From contig CAJINV010000004.1 of NCBI GenBank assembly GCA_905178155.1, forward strand, positions 8,516,882 through 8,580,881: 64,000 bases of DNA. Reading direction: 5' to 3'. Position numbers and translations under genes: made by a program. This DNA comes from Amoebophrya sp. A120. Its lineage: Eukaryota > Protista > Dinoflagellata. Positions 48,317-59,861 of this stretch are shown here, in pieces. Numbering within the stretch: the stretch's first letter is position 1; the number at the start of each line of letters is the position of its first letter. Under the pieces are notes generated by a model. That model had not been told where the DNA came from, made no database searches, and saw only the letters and a list, made by a program, of their open reading frames with translations.

Positions 48317-50405
48317 CCTATTGACGTGCAGGTGCTGGCAGCACCAAGACGGCGGTCCCAGTGACTATAGTGCTTCTAAGGGCACTATTGCTAGTAGCTA
48401 GGCGGGCCGCCAAATATTATAAGTACTTGATGAAGTAGAAGATGGAAAGTCCTTAGCTGAAGACCTTCCGCTGAGCAGGTCAATACGAGATAATAATTTT
48501 ACAGAGTCGTACAAGTTTATTTTAGTAAAGAAAATACCAAACCTATTCTCGAAATCAAAGATTTATCATACACTAACCAAGAGTATTGTAGAAAAAAAAC
48601 CGCCATCAGATTCGCGAAGGAGAAACTTGCTCAGCCCCCGCGGTATCAGAGGTTTTAACAATACAAACGCCTTGTTAAGCTCCGTTTGTCTTAGTACACC
48701 TAAATAAAAACCGTTTTGCACTGCAAAAGCCTTCGGCTTCGAGGCGTTCGGAAGAATACCGTTGCGCCATTGTACATTGTGGTACGAATATACGGCACCC
48801 GTGTGCAAGTACTTGTTCTAGTGCAATGTAGAAAGAATCAATATCAAAATGAAAATAGATATTTCAGTAGGTCACTGTACTAGTCGGGGCGCGGAGCACG
48901 ATCTTAGAGCCAGTAGGCAACGTAGGGGGCCTGGTAACGAACCGAAAGCAACCTGAGTTGCAACAGCCTTTTAGTGTCAAACAAGAGCGTAACGTCAATG
49001 AATAACAATAACAAGATCAAGCTCTAAGATAGTACTTAAAACCACCTGCTTCACATCTTAGAAAAAAAAGGAAGGCCTTGACTTTGAAATCGCTCGCAGG
49101 CGTGGAAGTCGAAGTTTTTTTCGCAAACGCAAAGAGTAAGAGCGAAGAAGATTCAAAAAAAATGATCGTCAAAACCGAAGTCGCGGTGTCGCCGTAATGA
49201 TAAAATCCATGGATGGAGGGAGAAGTGTCGCCGTGATTGGAGATTGCGCTCGTTTGCTGGACGCGCAGACCATGAGAGTTTTTGATACCTATGCTGCAAG
49301 TACAAATTCTTCAGCCTTTGCTCTAGGACGTACAGCGTGCATAATATCTACTTACTTTCACAAGCCTATACTTGCTCCTTGCGGACGAAAATTTCCAGGA
49401 TGGTCAGTGCTTCAGCTTTTGACGTTGTTGATCACGGTACTAAAGCTTCCATCAAGGCTAGCAGAGGATGACATGAGACGAAACAAATTTGCCTGGTGTT
49501 CCGAGCCGTTGAAAACTGCGACAAGCTTGTCTTCCTTACGGGAGATGGGTAAGCCGCAAGAGGAGCGAAAAAATAAACCGTTCCGCTAAGCACACACAGA
49601 CAATGGGCTCGGCAGTCTGTGAGCTTCTCAACAGCAAGAGCAAGTTGTAGAAGTTGGGATCGCGAGGGTACAGTACTTACCCACAAGGCGCGCTGTGTCT
49701 AGTCGCCAAGCTGTAGCTAAAATGGAAAAGAAAAAAGCACCCAAAGGTCGGTGTGGAAGGACATATAATCTGCGATTTCTGAAAAAGCATCGTTTGAACC
49801 GCTAAGAAAAAACGGCTAAGCTGATCGTAGAATGGCGTGTGTGGGTGTGACTATCCTTATGTGTGCTTGTCGTGCTTCCAATGAGCGACGCGAGTACGAG
49901 GGAGTCTCGCGTCCACGAACAACGATACGAGTGTCCTCGGTCGACCCGACAAGCCGATCATGTCTGAGCTTGAATTGCGAAATCGACAAAATCGAAATCC
50001 TGCCTGAGTATACAAGGAAAATCGATCCATCTTGTGTGAGGCTGCGGAGGACGACACAATCAAACAAAGCTTTTTAGCTTCCGGCTTCTTGGTGCTGAGG
50101 ACCAAATCCAAACTGAGTGAACCAGGAACAAAAGCGCTGCGAGCAACGATAACGCCATTGATCCACATCAAGTTTTAAGTGCACAACATTACACACCGCA
50201 GGTGGTCCAGAGCATTTTCTATACACCGGGGAGGCGTGATTGATGTCATGGTCAACATCGATTTCATTCTCAGCAAAAAGGCCGCGATTGTCTTCCGTAA
50301 TCTTCTTCTAGGTCATTACAGTATTCCTTGAGCAGGACGGGCTCCTGCGATAATAAATCTCTATCTTTCGTATTTCCGTTTCTCAGATCTACCTCGGTAC
50401 CTGAT

Positions 50406-52092
50406 TTATTCCTCACCGGCGGGGTTCTCGTCTTCCATTCCTCCTTCTTCGTCCTCGGAGCTCTCTTCCTCGGCGTCCTCCGAGTCTTCTTTTGAAGCAG
50501 ATGCAGTGGCTTCGATTCGAACTGCAACCGTGATGTCGAGCGGCTTGTTCTGCGAGATGCCATTCGTGCGTCGATGCTTTTCAACAGAACGCACCACATC
50601 GAACCACGAATCATGAGAGCGGAGAACTCGGTGCACAGGCGAGGGCTCAGACGCTGCGTCGATCGATACTTCTTGTTCTTCCTGCTCCTCCTCAGTCGAG
50701 CCTCTCGCGCATGCAGCAGAGGCTGTGGTTCCCACGGGGTCGTCACTACCCCATCTTCTATCAAATGCAAAAGTGTCTGGGTCTGGAAGATTGCAACTTG
50801 TGATGCTGTTTCTGCATTCTAAAAAAAATCTGTATTGCATGACCAGCAAGAGGGGTCCAGTTTGTGCTACATGGAGAGGGTACTTCTCATGCGGGATAGG
50901 CATCAGAAAGCCCGCTAAAAATCTGTGATGCCAAGTTATGGCGCATTACAGACGTCATATGTCATGTAAAATCTGCATGACAAGTCTGGCACTCTTCCAG
51001 ACCCAGACATTTTTACATTTGATATCTTCCGCTGGCGCACAACTTCTTGTTCTTTTTTTCCGGCACATCGTCCTCGTACATTCCGTCCACCCAAAACGTC
51101 AGCTTGTGCGAGTGCCACTTCGTGTAGTCCTCGTCGTTGCAAAGGGTCGAGTAGCTGGGAAAGGCTTGCTTGATCCGCGGCAGAATCCGAAGCAACTCCT
51201 GCGACGCCTCCGTCCGACTTTCCTTGATAATCCGAACAACCACGCGCAGGTGGTCCGCGAAATCGGTGGCGCTTGGCTCCGAATCCGGCAGGAATTCAAA
51301 TTCTTTGTGGGCGTACTGCACTACACCTTGCTCCTCGCCACAATCTGTCTTTTCTTCATCTGCAGTTCGGTGTCGCGGATACGAAATCCTAACGATTTCA
51401 AACTCTTGCACTACCGTTTCGGTTTTCTTGTGCGCTTGTAATTCCCGACTTGCCGATGCTTCTTGAAGATCCTGCTCGGTTTCCAGAAAGTCTTGATGGC
51501 TGCCGGCGGATTCTTCTTCCTCACTGCCTCGGGGAGATGCCGGTGGCGACAAAACTCTGGAACGCCGCTCGATGCCGATCTTCATGACGTCCAACCCACC
51601 TGCCTCTTCGTCTCGTTGGGTCGTGTTCGAACAACACTCGACTCTGGCTAGTATCGGAACGCGCACCACCTTGTCATCGCTTCGCGGCATGCAGCAAGAT
51701 GGTACCAGCGTTGGAAACGCGGATTCGCGCGCGGCCGCCCGAAATCGCCATTCGCAGCCAACCAGCGTTCCAGCGACCGGATCTAGGTCAAGTGCAGTGC
51801 TGGGTGAAAAAGATGGGGTAGTGAACCTGATTCGCGGATCCCGAAACCAGGACTTGTACGACAACTCAAAATCAGTACACTTGTCCTTCATTTCAATGTC
51901 AAGCGATCCTGCAGGTAGAAATCCGAAGTGCTGCTGCAACTTCTCCGATACTGCAGCCACCTCCGCTTGCGCCATCGCATTACACTTGCGCGACAGCGCG
52001 CTGCACAATTCCTCCTCTGGAGAATCATCAGAAATTTCTCCGCGGCTATCGAGAGTTTCTAGAAGGTCACCTGTTGTATAGAAATCGTTCAT
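50406..52092 (-). CDS. 'Family X' paralog 3, C-terminal part (~470 aa)
   Basis: 51013..52092 joins 50406..50903 via introner 50759-51024 (SGR|WGSDD); carries the middle and C-terminal family motifs; probably the same gene as 52181..53257. Confidence 0.65.
50759..51024. mobile_element. Introner, family A
   Basis: Family A TIRs; perfect DR TCTTC. Confidence 0.95.
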
Positions 52093-52180
52093 TGAATTAT
52101 TTACAATGTGAATAAAACTGAATAGTACAGATTATCTAGCCCCAAAAGCAAGAAATCTCACGACTGTGCGCGCCTCTTTT

Positions 52181-53257
52181 TCAACGAAACGAGTTCTTAC
52201 CAGCTTCGTGATTTTCCATGTACTGGCGATAGCTTTCATCCGTAAATTTGAAATCCGCATCATTTATCTGCACCCGTATTTGGTCGCGCAGCAGCACTTC
52301 ACCACCGACGTTTTTCAAGCGGTACTTCACCTCGAAACTCGGGTTCCAGCTCTCGATTCTTCGACACAATAATCTATGATAAGCCATTGCGTGCATCGAG
52401 TCGGGTGCTCCGTGCAGCGTCTCGTCGTCGTCGCCGAGGTCCCCGTAGGCGTGGCTCAACAGGACTTCGAAGCCGTCGGAGACGCGCCGCAGCCAACGGA
52501 ATGCTCGGTCCAAGATGTCTTTTTTCTTGTGCAGCTTCTCATACAGGCTGTCGAAGAACGGTTTGTTCTGCAGCAAGAACTTGTCGAACTCGATCAGCTT
52601 GTCAATACGGTGCAGTTCCAACTGGAGGCTGCCGTCGTCGGATAACTCGCTGTCGGGAACAGACTCGTCGGATAACTCGCCGTCGTCGGATAACCCGTCG
52701 TCGGATAACTCGCTGTCGTCGGGACCAGACTCGCTCGACTCGTCGGATAACCCGTCGTCGGATAACTCGCCGTCGTTTCGGGAAGTTTCATCTTGGCCCT
52801 GCACCGCGGTTCCGGAAGAAGCAGATTCGTGTGGCTTGGCATCATTCCCGGATGTTGACATGCTGCAGGGAGGGTCCTCGTCGAGTCCAACGGAGTTCGC
52901 CACGGCATCCACAAACTTATGTTTCGACAAGTACTTGAACCCTGGGGCGACGACGGTCAGCGAAGTGCCACTACCCATCCGGAAAGCTGGCGGCGCCGGG
53001 TCGCCCACGGCTTGTTTCGGCTGCACCCCAGCGGTGACGCCGGCGGCGGCTCGCACCTTCTCGATGAGGGCGGGAAAGTCCGCACCGCCCGGTTCCCAGT
53101 TCATGGCCTTTTCCATAGCGGACCGGGAGAAGAAGGCTCCCTCCTCTTCGAGGCGAAAGGTTTGCGGAAGGGCAAAGATCTCCTCATAATTGGCGTCCTC
53201 CGCGAAGAGGAACGCAACAGATGAGTTCTCTATCATCTTGTGTGCGTCGAATGACAT
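52181..53257 (-). CDS. 'Family X' paralog 3, N-terminal part, with acidic ELSDDG repeats
   Basis: PQTFRLEEEGAFFSRSAMEKAMNWEPGGADF closely matches the 33401..34204 ORF; tandem GTCGTCGGATAAC repeats at 52630-52780. Confidence 0.7.
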   Translation of the reverse strand: MSFDAHKMIENSSVAFLFAEDANYEEIFALPQTFRLEEEGAFFSRSAMEKAMNWEPGGADFPALIEKVRAAAGVTAGVQPKQAVGDPAPPAFRMGSGTSLTVVAPGFKYLSKHKFVDAVANSVGLDEDPPCSMSTSGNDAKPHESASSGTAVQGQDETSRNDGELSDDGLSDESSESGPDDSELSDDGLSDDGELSDESVPDSELSDDGSLQLELHRIDKLIEFDKFLLQNKPFFDSLYEKLHKKKDILDRAFRWLRRVSDGFEVLLSHAYGDLGDDDETLHGAPDSMHAMAYHRLLCRRIESWNPSFEVKYRLKNVGGEVLLRDQIRVQINDADFKFTDESYRQYMENHEAGKNSFR

Positions 53258-54259
53258 CGTGTTGAACTCTTCAACTGCTTAGAAATTATGGTTTCCAATC
53301 AAAATAAAAGACTCTCAGCGATTTTCTAGCGAGAGGTTTGGGGTTAAAGTTAATAAAACATTCCTGTTCTATGCTGTTACTTACTCATCACCAGTGTATT
53401 CCGAGAAAACATCAAACAAAACCTGTAGTTTGCTGTGTCGATTTTGATGCAAGGTTTCGACTTCCACTCCAAACGAAGCCTGTCTTTTTCGAAGTACTTA
53501 CACATGCGGACAGCGAAGCGTTTCGAATACAGCAAATACGCCTTCTCCTTGTAATTCCGCCACGTTCGACAAACGGACAAAGGAGCGACCTCATGAGAAA
53601 CAAACTACAGAAAACAAAAGCAACCACCACTTGGCTGACGACACATTGCTCGCTCTTTTTTCCTGCTTTCACTCGCACGCCACTACGAAGAAACTCTCGT
53701 CTCTACAAACAAAAGAGAACCGAGTATCAATTTGATTGTGTTACAAGATGAGAAACACAGCCGCATGCTCTTTCAAGGCAATTCTGGTGCGGCCAAAGTG
53801 CAAAGATGCCGTGCCTTTCATGCGCTTTCTTTCTCGTCTGTGCGTAGAGGAAGCTGCACCCAGCGGACAACTTTGCACATCACATATTAAATTTGAAAAC
53901 TAACAAAACGAGCTGTTTACCCTGAGTTTTGCTCCTTCGAAACAATCATACAGTGATTCTCTCTGGTTTTGCGTTTTTCGAAAGAATCTATACACTGACA
54001 TAGGTGCGACGGTACATAGCGGTCGTCCACTCGAAAGTGACAAGGGTATAGGAAGAGGAGCGTCAAAACTGAAATCTAGGAGTAAAGGGTGACGTTGAAT
54101 CAAATCTTCGTCCGTGCCTCTGAACTGAAGGATCGAAGCAAGGTTTTCCCCGCGGCTTGGCACTTACGCACGACCCATAGATAGGTATATTGTGTTCGTC
54201 AAAGGTATCAGCAAACGTTCGACTACTTTTTGATGATGCTACAGCCTATGCACCAATTT

Positions 54260-54709
54260 TCACAGCTTATAGAAGGCCTGCCTCGCCAAAACCGCCCCAC
54301 GGGGCAGTTTGAGCGCCTTCGGCTTGACCGCCATCAGCTTCGGCTTGAGCGCCTTCGCCACCCGTTTCAAAACCACCGCACGGGGCGGCTTCGGCTTGAC
54401 CGCCATCAGCTTCGGCTTGACCGCCATTTTAGGCGCCTTCTGCATCTTTGCCATGACTTTCATGGCCTTCTGCATCTTCTTGTTCTGCACCAAATTTTGC
54501 TCGGCGCCCGTGGAAGGATTTTCTTGTTTCGCAGCGCCGGTGTTCATCAAATCCGCCCAAACCTTGTCGAACACGAACTTCTTGTTCGGAACATGTTTTT
54601 TGAAGACTTTCTCCAACCCGGAACGGGTGACAAAGAAAACAGGACCTTTCACGCGGGGGCCGGCCTTCTCACCGGAGCTGGTCTGTTCGGCGGAGCGCGA
54701 CGTTGCCAT
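54260..54709 (-). CDS. Small basic protein with Lys/Met/Pro repeats (histone H1/DVNP-tail-like)
   Basis: 149-aa ORF; KMQKAMKVMAKMQKAPKMAVKPKLMAVKPK repeats; N-terminal FFVTRSGLEK resembles the family X motif. Confidence 0.55.
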   Translation of the reverse strand: MATSRSAEQTSSGEKAGPRVKGPVFFVTRSGLEKVFKKHVPNKKFVFDKVWADLMNTGAAKQENPSTGAEQNLVQNKKMQKAMKVMAKMQKAPKMAVKPKLMAVKPKPPRAVVLKRVAKALKPKLMAVKPKALKLPRGAVLARQAFYKL

Positions 54710-55471
54710 TTGGTGGGTTGTTTTTCAGGTAATAGTTTTTCCTTCTCAACAAGTAGCCAACTGCAAGTGGGACAGCGTCGAGGAGCAACGATGCCTACAG
54801 AAAAAACGCACTGTACAAGAATTGGAGTCGGTCTTGTCGATGTTGAAGTTCGATTTTGTCCACCCTCATAAGTAGCACGTCCATTGTTTTTCGAATGAAG
54901 AAAAAATACCGACGACAAATAACGAAAATCACTCGTGGTCGAAAAACGAAGAAGAATGTCCAACAGGTCTCACCAAGACATCAAGTACACAAACTACAGA
55001 GTCCATAAGCGATTTATTTGTCACTCGTGGTCTATCATTTCAACCAGCTGCTGCTGCCCAGGCGGTCTTCGATGCAGTAAAAAACGACAGAAGAAGCACT
55101 GTGATGGACATAACGAGGACAGTTGAAGAGAAAACAACAAGATTGATTAGCTCATTCAGGTCAAGCTTGACACAGAAATGCAGCCTCCAAAGTCGTAGCT
55201 GCAAGAAGCCATTTTTTAGGAATCGTCGTTTGCTGTTCCAAAAGTTCTACAAAAAAAAAACACGAGCTGGCTCGTTCGATTTATTTTCATAATTTCTAAA
55301 AAACGACGTGCATAACTCAAGGTCATTGTCATTTGTTCTCTGCATGTGATTGGTGGAGGTGGGACGACGATCAGGAACTACATGAGTACTCCGCACATTG
55401 GCGAGCGTCAAATCCATTTAAACAAGCTTTGGTCGGAATCCAGGACAATACTCTTCTTGATTTTACTATTT

Positions 55472-55834
55472 CGAGACGTTCCTACCGGGCTATCCAGAGC
55501 CACACACCCGTCACGCCCTATGGCATGATGGGAAAGAGAGCGAGGGCCGAAGGGTCCCTCACCGTAGAGACAGCCAGAAGGGATGCCTCTACGCCCCCTC
55601 CACACGCCGCAGCGCCGGCGGCCCGAAGAACCCAGGGAAGCATGCTGACATGATGAATTCGGGCAACCGGGCTGAGGGACCAAAGAGCCCTCGACCAGCT
55701 CCACGGAGGGGGCGTAGAGGCATCCCTTCTGGCTGTCTCTACGGTGAGGGACCCTTCGGCCCTCGCTCTCTTTCCCATCATGCCATAGGGCGTGACGGGT
55801 GTGTGGCTCTGGATAGCCCGGTAGGAACGTCTCG
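55472..55834. repeat. 130-bp inverted repeat (fold-back) with 103-bp spacer; extra 80-bp copy at 56061-56140
   Basis: 55472-55601 is the reverse complement of 55705-55834; 56061-56140 equals 55705-55784. Confidence 0.92.
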
Positions 55835-56148
55835 GAAGACCGATGCACCCCGGTGCACCATTTTCGAGTAAGTGACGGCAAGTGCTTTCGCACATCGGAA
55901 AAGGGCTGGCAGATCCCTGGTAAGCAAATGCACGGGGTACGACTGGACCCGCTCTCCATGCGGGGGTCGTGCCAAAAATCTTTACGTCCCACCCGCCCAC
56001 CCGTTACGCTGTTTCTTCGCGCCCGCGAGCGGTCACTCGCGGTGACAGAAGAACGATCAGGGAGGGGGCGTAGAGGCATCCCTTCTGGCTGTCTCTACGG
56101 TGAGGGACCCTTCGGCCCTCGCTCTCTTTCCCATCATGCCGTCGTTGT

Positions 56149-58259
56149 CTACACATCTCCCATCATGCCTGCGAGCTCCAATACGAAACGCGTGTCGTCG
56201 TTGACCCAAGGCATTCCACCACACACATCATAGGGAGCAAGTGTCGTATCCCGATCCCACTCCTTCGTCTTATCAGAGTCGACGCCATTTGCTGCAATGA
56301 TTTCACTGCGCCGGACCGCGATCCGCTGGGCAAGCCGCAACGAGTGGAGTGTGTAGTGGAAAGCGCCCCCGTGAAAGTTTGCAAGGGGAAGTTCGGTAGC
56401 CCGAGCGAGACATCGGCAAGGCATCTTTTCATTTTGCTGTGCAGAACCATCGGGACACGACAAAGTACTGGCCACGATTGTTCGATCCGCGGCGTCGAAG
56501 AGCCGCTTCTTCAGGTCGACCGGGGTCCAAATCAGGTTGAAGGGTTCGCTCCCGGGATGCTGTCCGATGGCGTACCTCGCCGGCAGCTCGAACTCCATGT
56601 CCATGCGGTCGAGGTTCATGTACCACTTCGCGTGGTTCCGGAACTTCAAAATCTTCGTGGTGACCACGGCTGGGCGCGGGGAGTTCTTGCGGTCGGTTTC
56701 CAGTCCAGCACACCGTAGCAAAACTAGGTCGCGCAAGCGCTGCAGAAGCTTCGTGCCGAGACCGAGGTGGCGGAAGTCGGCGTCCACTAACCGGTAGTCG
56801 ATGTGATAGCGGTCGACGAAGTCCAGCGCTTTCACGTCGCTTTCATCGTCGCCGAAAAACACGCCATTGCTGGGTGGCAGCGTCGACATGAGCAGGTCTT
56901 TCTCTTCCAGTTCCTGGAGGGCTTTCTTGTTGTACTTTAGTTGTTTCTTGCCCTTGCGGCTGCGAAGTGCGGCGGTTTCCTCCTCGGTCGCTGGACGGTC
57001 GAGAGCAAGTCCCCCTTCCAGAACGTGGTACTGCAAAAAGCCGACGACCCGCATGGACGCCCGGTCCGCGACAAAAAACGCCCGAAGGTGTGGTTGGGGG
57101 GCGAGCACAGTGTCGGCTTGTTCCGCTCGTTGTTTCGCCGCTTGCCTTTTTTGCAGCGTCCCCGCAAACTCGTCGCCAAAGATCTTACATGCGTTCTCGA
57201 GCGTGCGACGGGGGATGTGATCGCTGTTGAAAACTGCGAAGGTGGGCTGTGCGTGAAAGTTGTTTTTCACACAGAGTTGCAGCAGTGTCTTTTGCGCACT
57301 CCGGTCGCGAAACGGATCGGCTTCGAACACGACAAACTGATCGCCCTCGTCCGCTAAGAAAACCAGTGGCGGAAGAAGTGATTCTTCAGTGACAGTGGCA
57401 GACGCAGAAGACGACGATTCGGCACGACCAGCAACCGCTGGACCAGCGTCCCCTCCGTCCCCGGCGCGGTCCCCCGCCTTCGTCAATTCCGCCTTTCCTG
57501 CAGGGGCAAACTTTGCCTTTATCTCCGGCTGGGAAATTGCTGGAATGTCAGTGTAGACTCCGTGCGCGAGCTCGAAGGCAACGTCGGCGGTTGCGTGTTT
57601 CCGGTCACACCCCAACTTGTCGTAGTCCTCCTGGTCCTCTTCCTGCAGAAAATCGAAGGGCTTCTTGCTCTTGCATTTCAGTATCTGCAAACTCCGCTCG
57701 ACGTACCGGATGTACTCCTGCGCATCACACGTCGAATTTCTTGTCAAATAGCAGCGCTTCATCACCGGCTTGGGCAAGTCCTTCTCGGCGTTGAAGTCGA
57801 CTGCGCCTTTCCCGCAGAAGGGCGACAGGTCCACGACCTGCACGCGGAACTTCTCGTTGAGTTGAAGAGAAGCATCGCTTGTTTCTCTTGCAGCTGCGGA
57901 GCTGGTGTATTTTGCGGAGTGGTCGGCATTGCTGTTCGTAGAATCGGCGCAAGTGATAATTTCGTCGATGATACCTATCTTCCCGTTCAGTTTTACTGCG
58001 TTCCTCAAGCCGGCAATATCCACCGTCTTCCTATGCGGAGAAAAAGTATGGTACTAGTAGTAACTCCTGCATCACAAATGCTTTCAGAATGAAAGATGGA
58101 ATTTTTCATGCAGAATTAGGTAGCAACGCACACCTTCACCTGCCGTGCAAGAAGGCTGCGAGAATTAGCACGAGTACGGTACTTTCGCACAGGATACATC
58201 CCGACTTTCAACACGTCGTTCCTGCCGGCAACAAGGTCACCCGACGCTGGAGACACCAT
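56149..58259 (-). CDS. GNAT-family N-acetyltransferase domain protein with N-terminal SH3/KOW-like segment (~645 aa)
   Basis: VVGFLQY...IDYRLVDADFRHLGLGTKLL (GNAT motif A, RxxGxG); spliced N-terminus LKVGM|TVDIAGLRNAVKLNGKIGII; start could be further upstream (ORF 58116..58334). Confidence 0.65.
58032..58196. mobile_element. Introner, family D
   Basis: TIRs TATGCGGAGAAAAAGTATGGTACTAGT / TATCCTGTGCGAAAGTACCGTACTCGT; flanks CTTCC/CATCC; frame restored. Confidence 0.78.
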
Positions 58260-58854
58260 CTTGCTGCCCCTGCCCCGACCGCCCGCGAACGAACGCCAAA
58301 TATCATTCAAAGCTGCTTTTTGATATGATTTCACAAGAGCTCTTCAGTCCAGGTGCAGCACGAAAAAAGCAATGAGGTGGACACATTTCCTTACCTTTTG
58401 TGGTGGTCGCGTAGAACTTACCGTCTCTCATCGCGCACTCCACTTGTTCATCCATCTCGAAACACTCATAGAACAGAAACTGCCCCCTCGCACACCAGCA
58501 GAGAAAGCGTTTCACCTTTCTTCTACGAAAGCACAGGAGGCGGAAGGGAAGCCTGTGCATAAGCACGGCGCCGTGTCTGTCAGAACGCACAAAAACAGAG
58601 TAGCGACAGCCAGATGTTGAGAGGCACATCACACTCACACGCCAGGCCCGCGGCGAAGAGCTTTTCCGCACGCGCCGCGCAGGGCGCCTGAGGGGCCACG
58701 GGGCGGCCGCTGCCGTGCGCCGCGCGAGCCCTGTTCTGGCGCGCAGCTGGGTGGGTGCAGGAGTGGGCCCGACATAGCCATGGCCCGAAACAGGTTGCGT
58801 AAGATGGTGGCCGCGGCCCGCACCGGCGCCGCGAATTGGGGCCCGGCGGTTTGT

Positions 58855-59030
58855 GGCTTTGCCATAAACCTGACGCGGGCCGGAGACGCGGATTGCAATC
58901 AGCGCCCGCAGTTTTTCCGGGCCGGGCTGGGTCGGGAAGCGGCTTGCGGCTTTGCCATAAACCTGACGCGGGCCGGGGGCGCTGCTTGGAATCAGCGCCC
59001 GCAATTTTTCCAGGCCGGGCCGGGTCCGGG
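58855..59030. repeat. Two ~93-bp direct repeats in a GC-rich island
   Basis: GGCTTTGCCATAAACCTGACGCGGGCCGG..AATCAGCGCCCGCA at 58855 and 58948. Confidence 0.85.
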
Positions 59031-59861
59031 AAAATACTTTGATGCCGCTGTGAAACAATTGAAGCGCTCCGGCCTCTGGGTATTGACTAGGGTCCGGCGC
59101 TCCGCTGTCAAAATCCAGAGTGTGGCGTTGGCAGTGGAAAAACCCCGCTGTGCCCACCTCCTTCTGGCACCACTCCGCCTCTTCCTCGGTTCGGGATCCT
59201 GCATTTGCAACGGACTCGCCTCCTCACCCGACGAAGAGCTTGCGCCGGAGGCATGAAGCGCCTCACCCAAGCAAGGCCCTAGCCCTCCTCGCCGCTGCGC
59301 GCAAATGCACGGGACGCCACGGGCCAAAACTCTCCTTCCTGGGCTGTTTTTTCTTGTTCATCTTTTTCAGTGGCATTTTCTTCGTGGTTCGCGTTTCTTG
59401 ATCATGATGATGTTACTAAAGGGTTTGAAAGAGAACGAGTCTAGTTGTTCGGGTCAGCAGCAACTAGTGCTGCTTCTTCGGGATTGACGCCCTCCAGGAC
59501 CGCCTCCTCGCTTGATGATAAAGAAAAAAGGTCCTGCGACCCTCAACTGCTGAGCGGGTCGTTGGACTCGGACAGCAATGCACCATCTGCGTGACTACGT
59601 GGACATTCGGAACGGGCCTCGCTCAATATTGATCGGCCAAAATTGAATAAATATTGCCGCTCTCGGCAGGCATTGACGGCCATGAAGCGCTCCTCTTTTC
59701 GTCCATCTCTTCTCCCGCCGCAAGAATAAGTAGCCGCAACCAAGCACTCTAGAAAAGACACCGGGGCAGCTCGCTCTATGCAATAAGAAACCCCTCCTCA
59801 ATTCTCCAGAACATCAAGAACTTCTTCGTGCACTAAGGAGGGTCCAAATCCGGACCCCTAT

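Noticed and set aside
48400-50250. Genes in the 48.4-50.2-kb interval
   Set aside because: Only short ORFs with no motifs or joinable structure; cannot be supported from sequence alone
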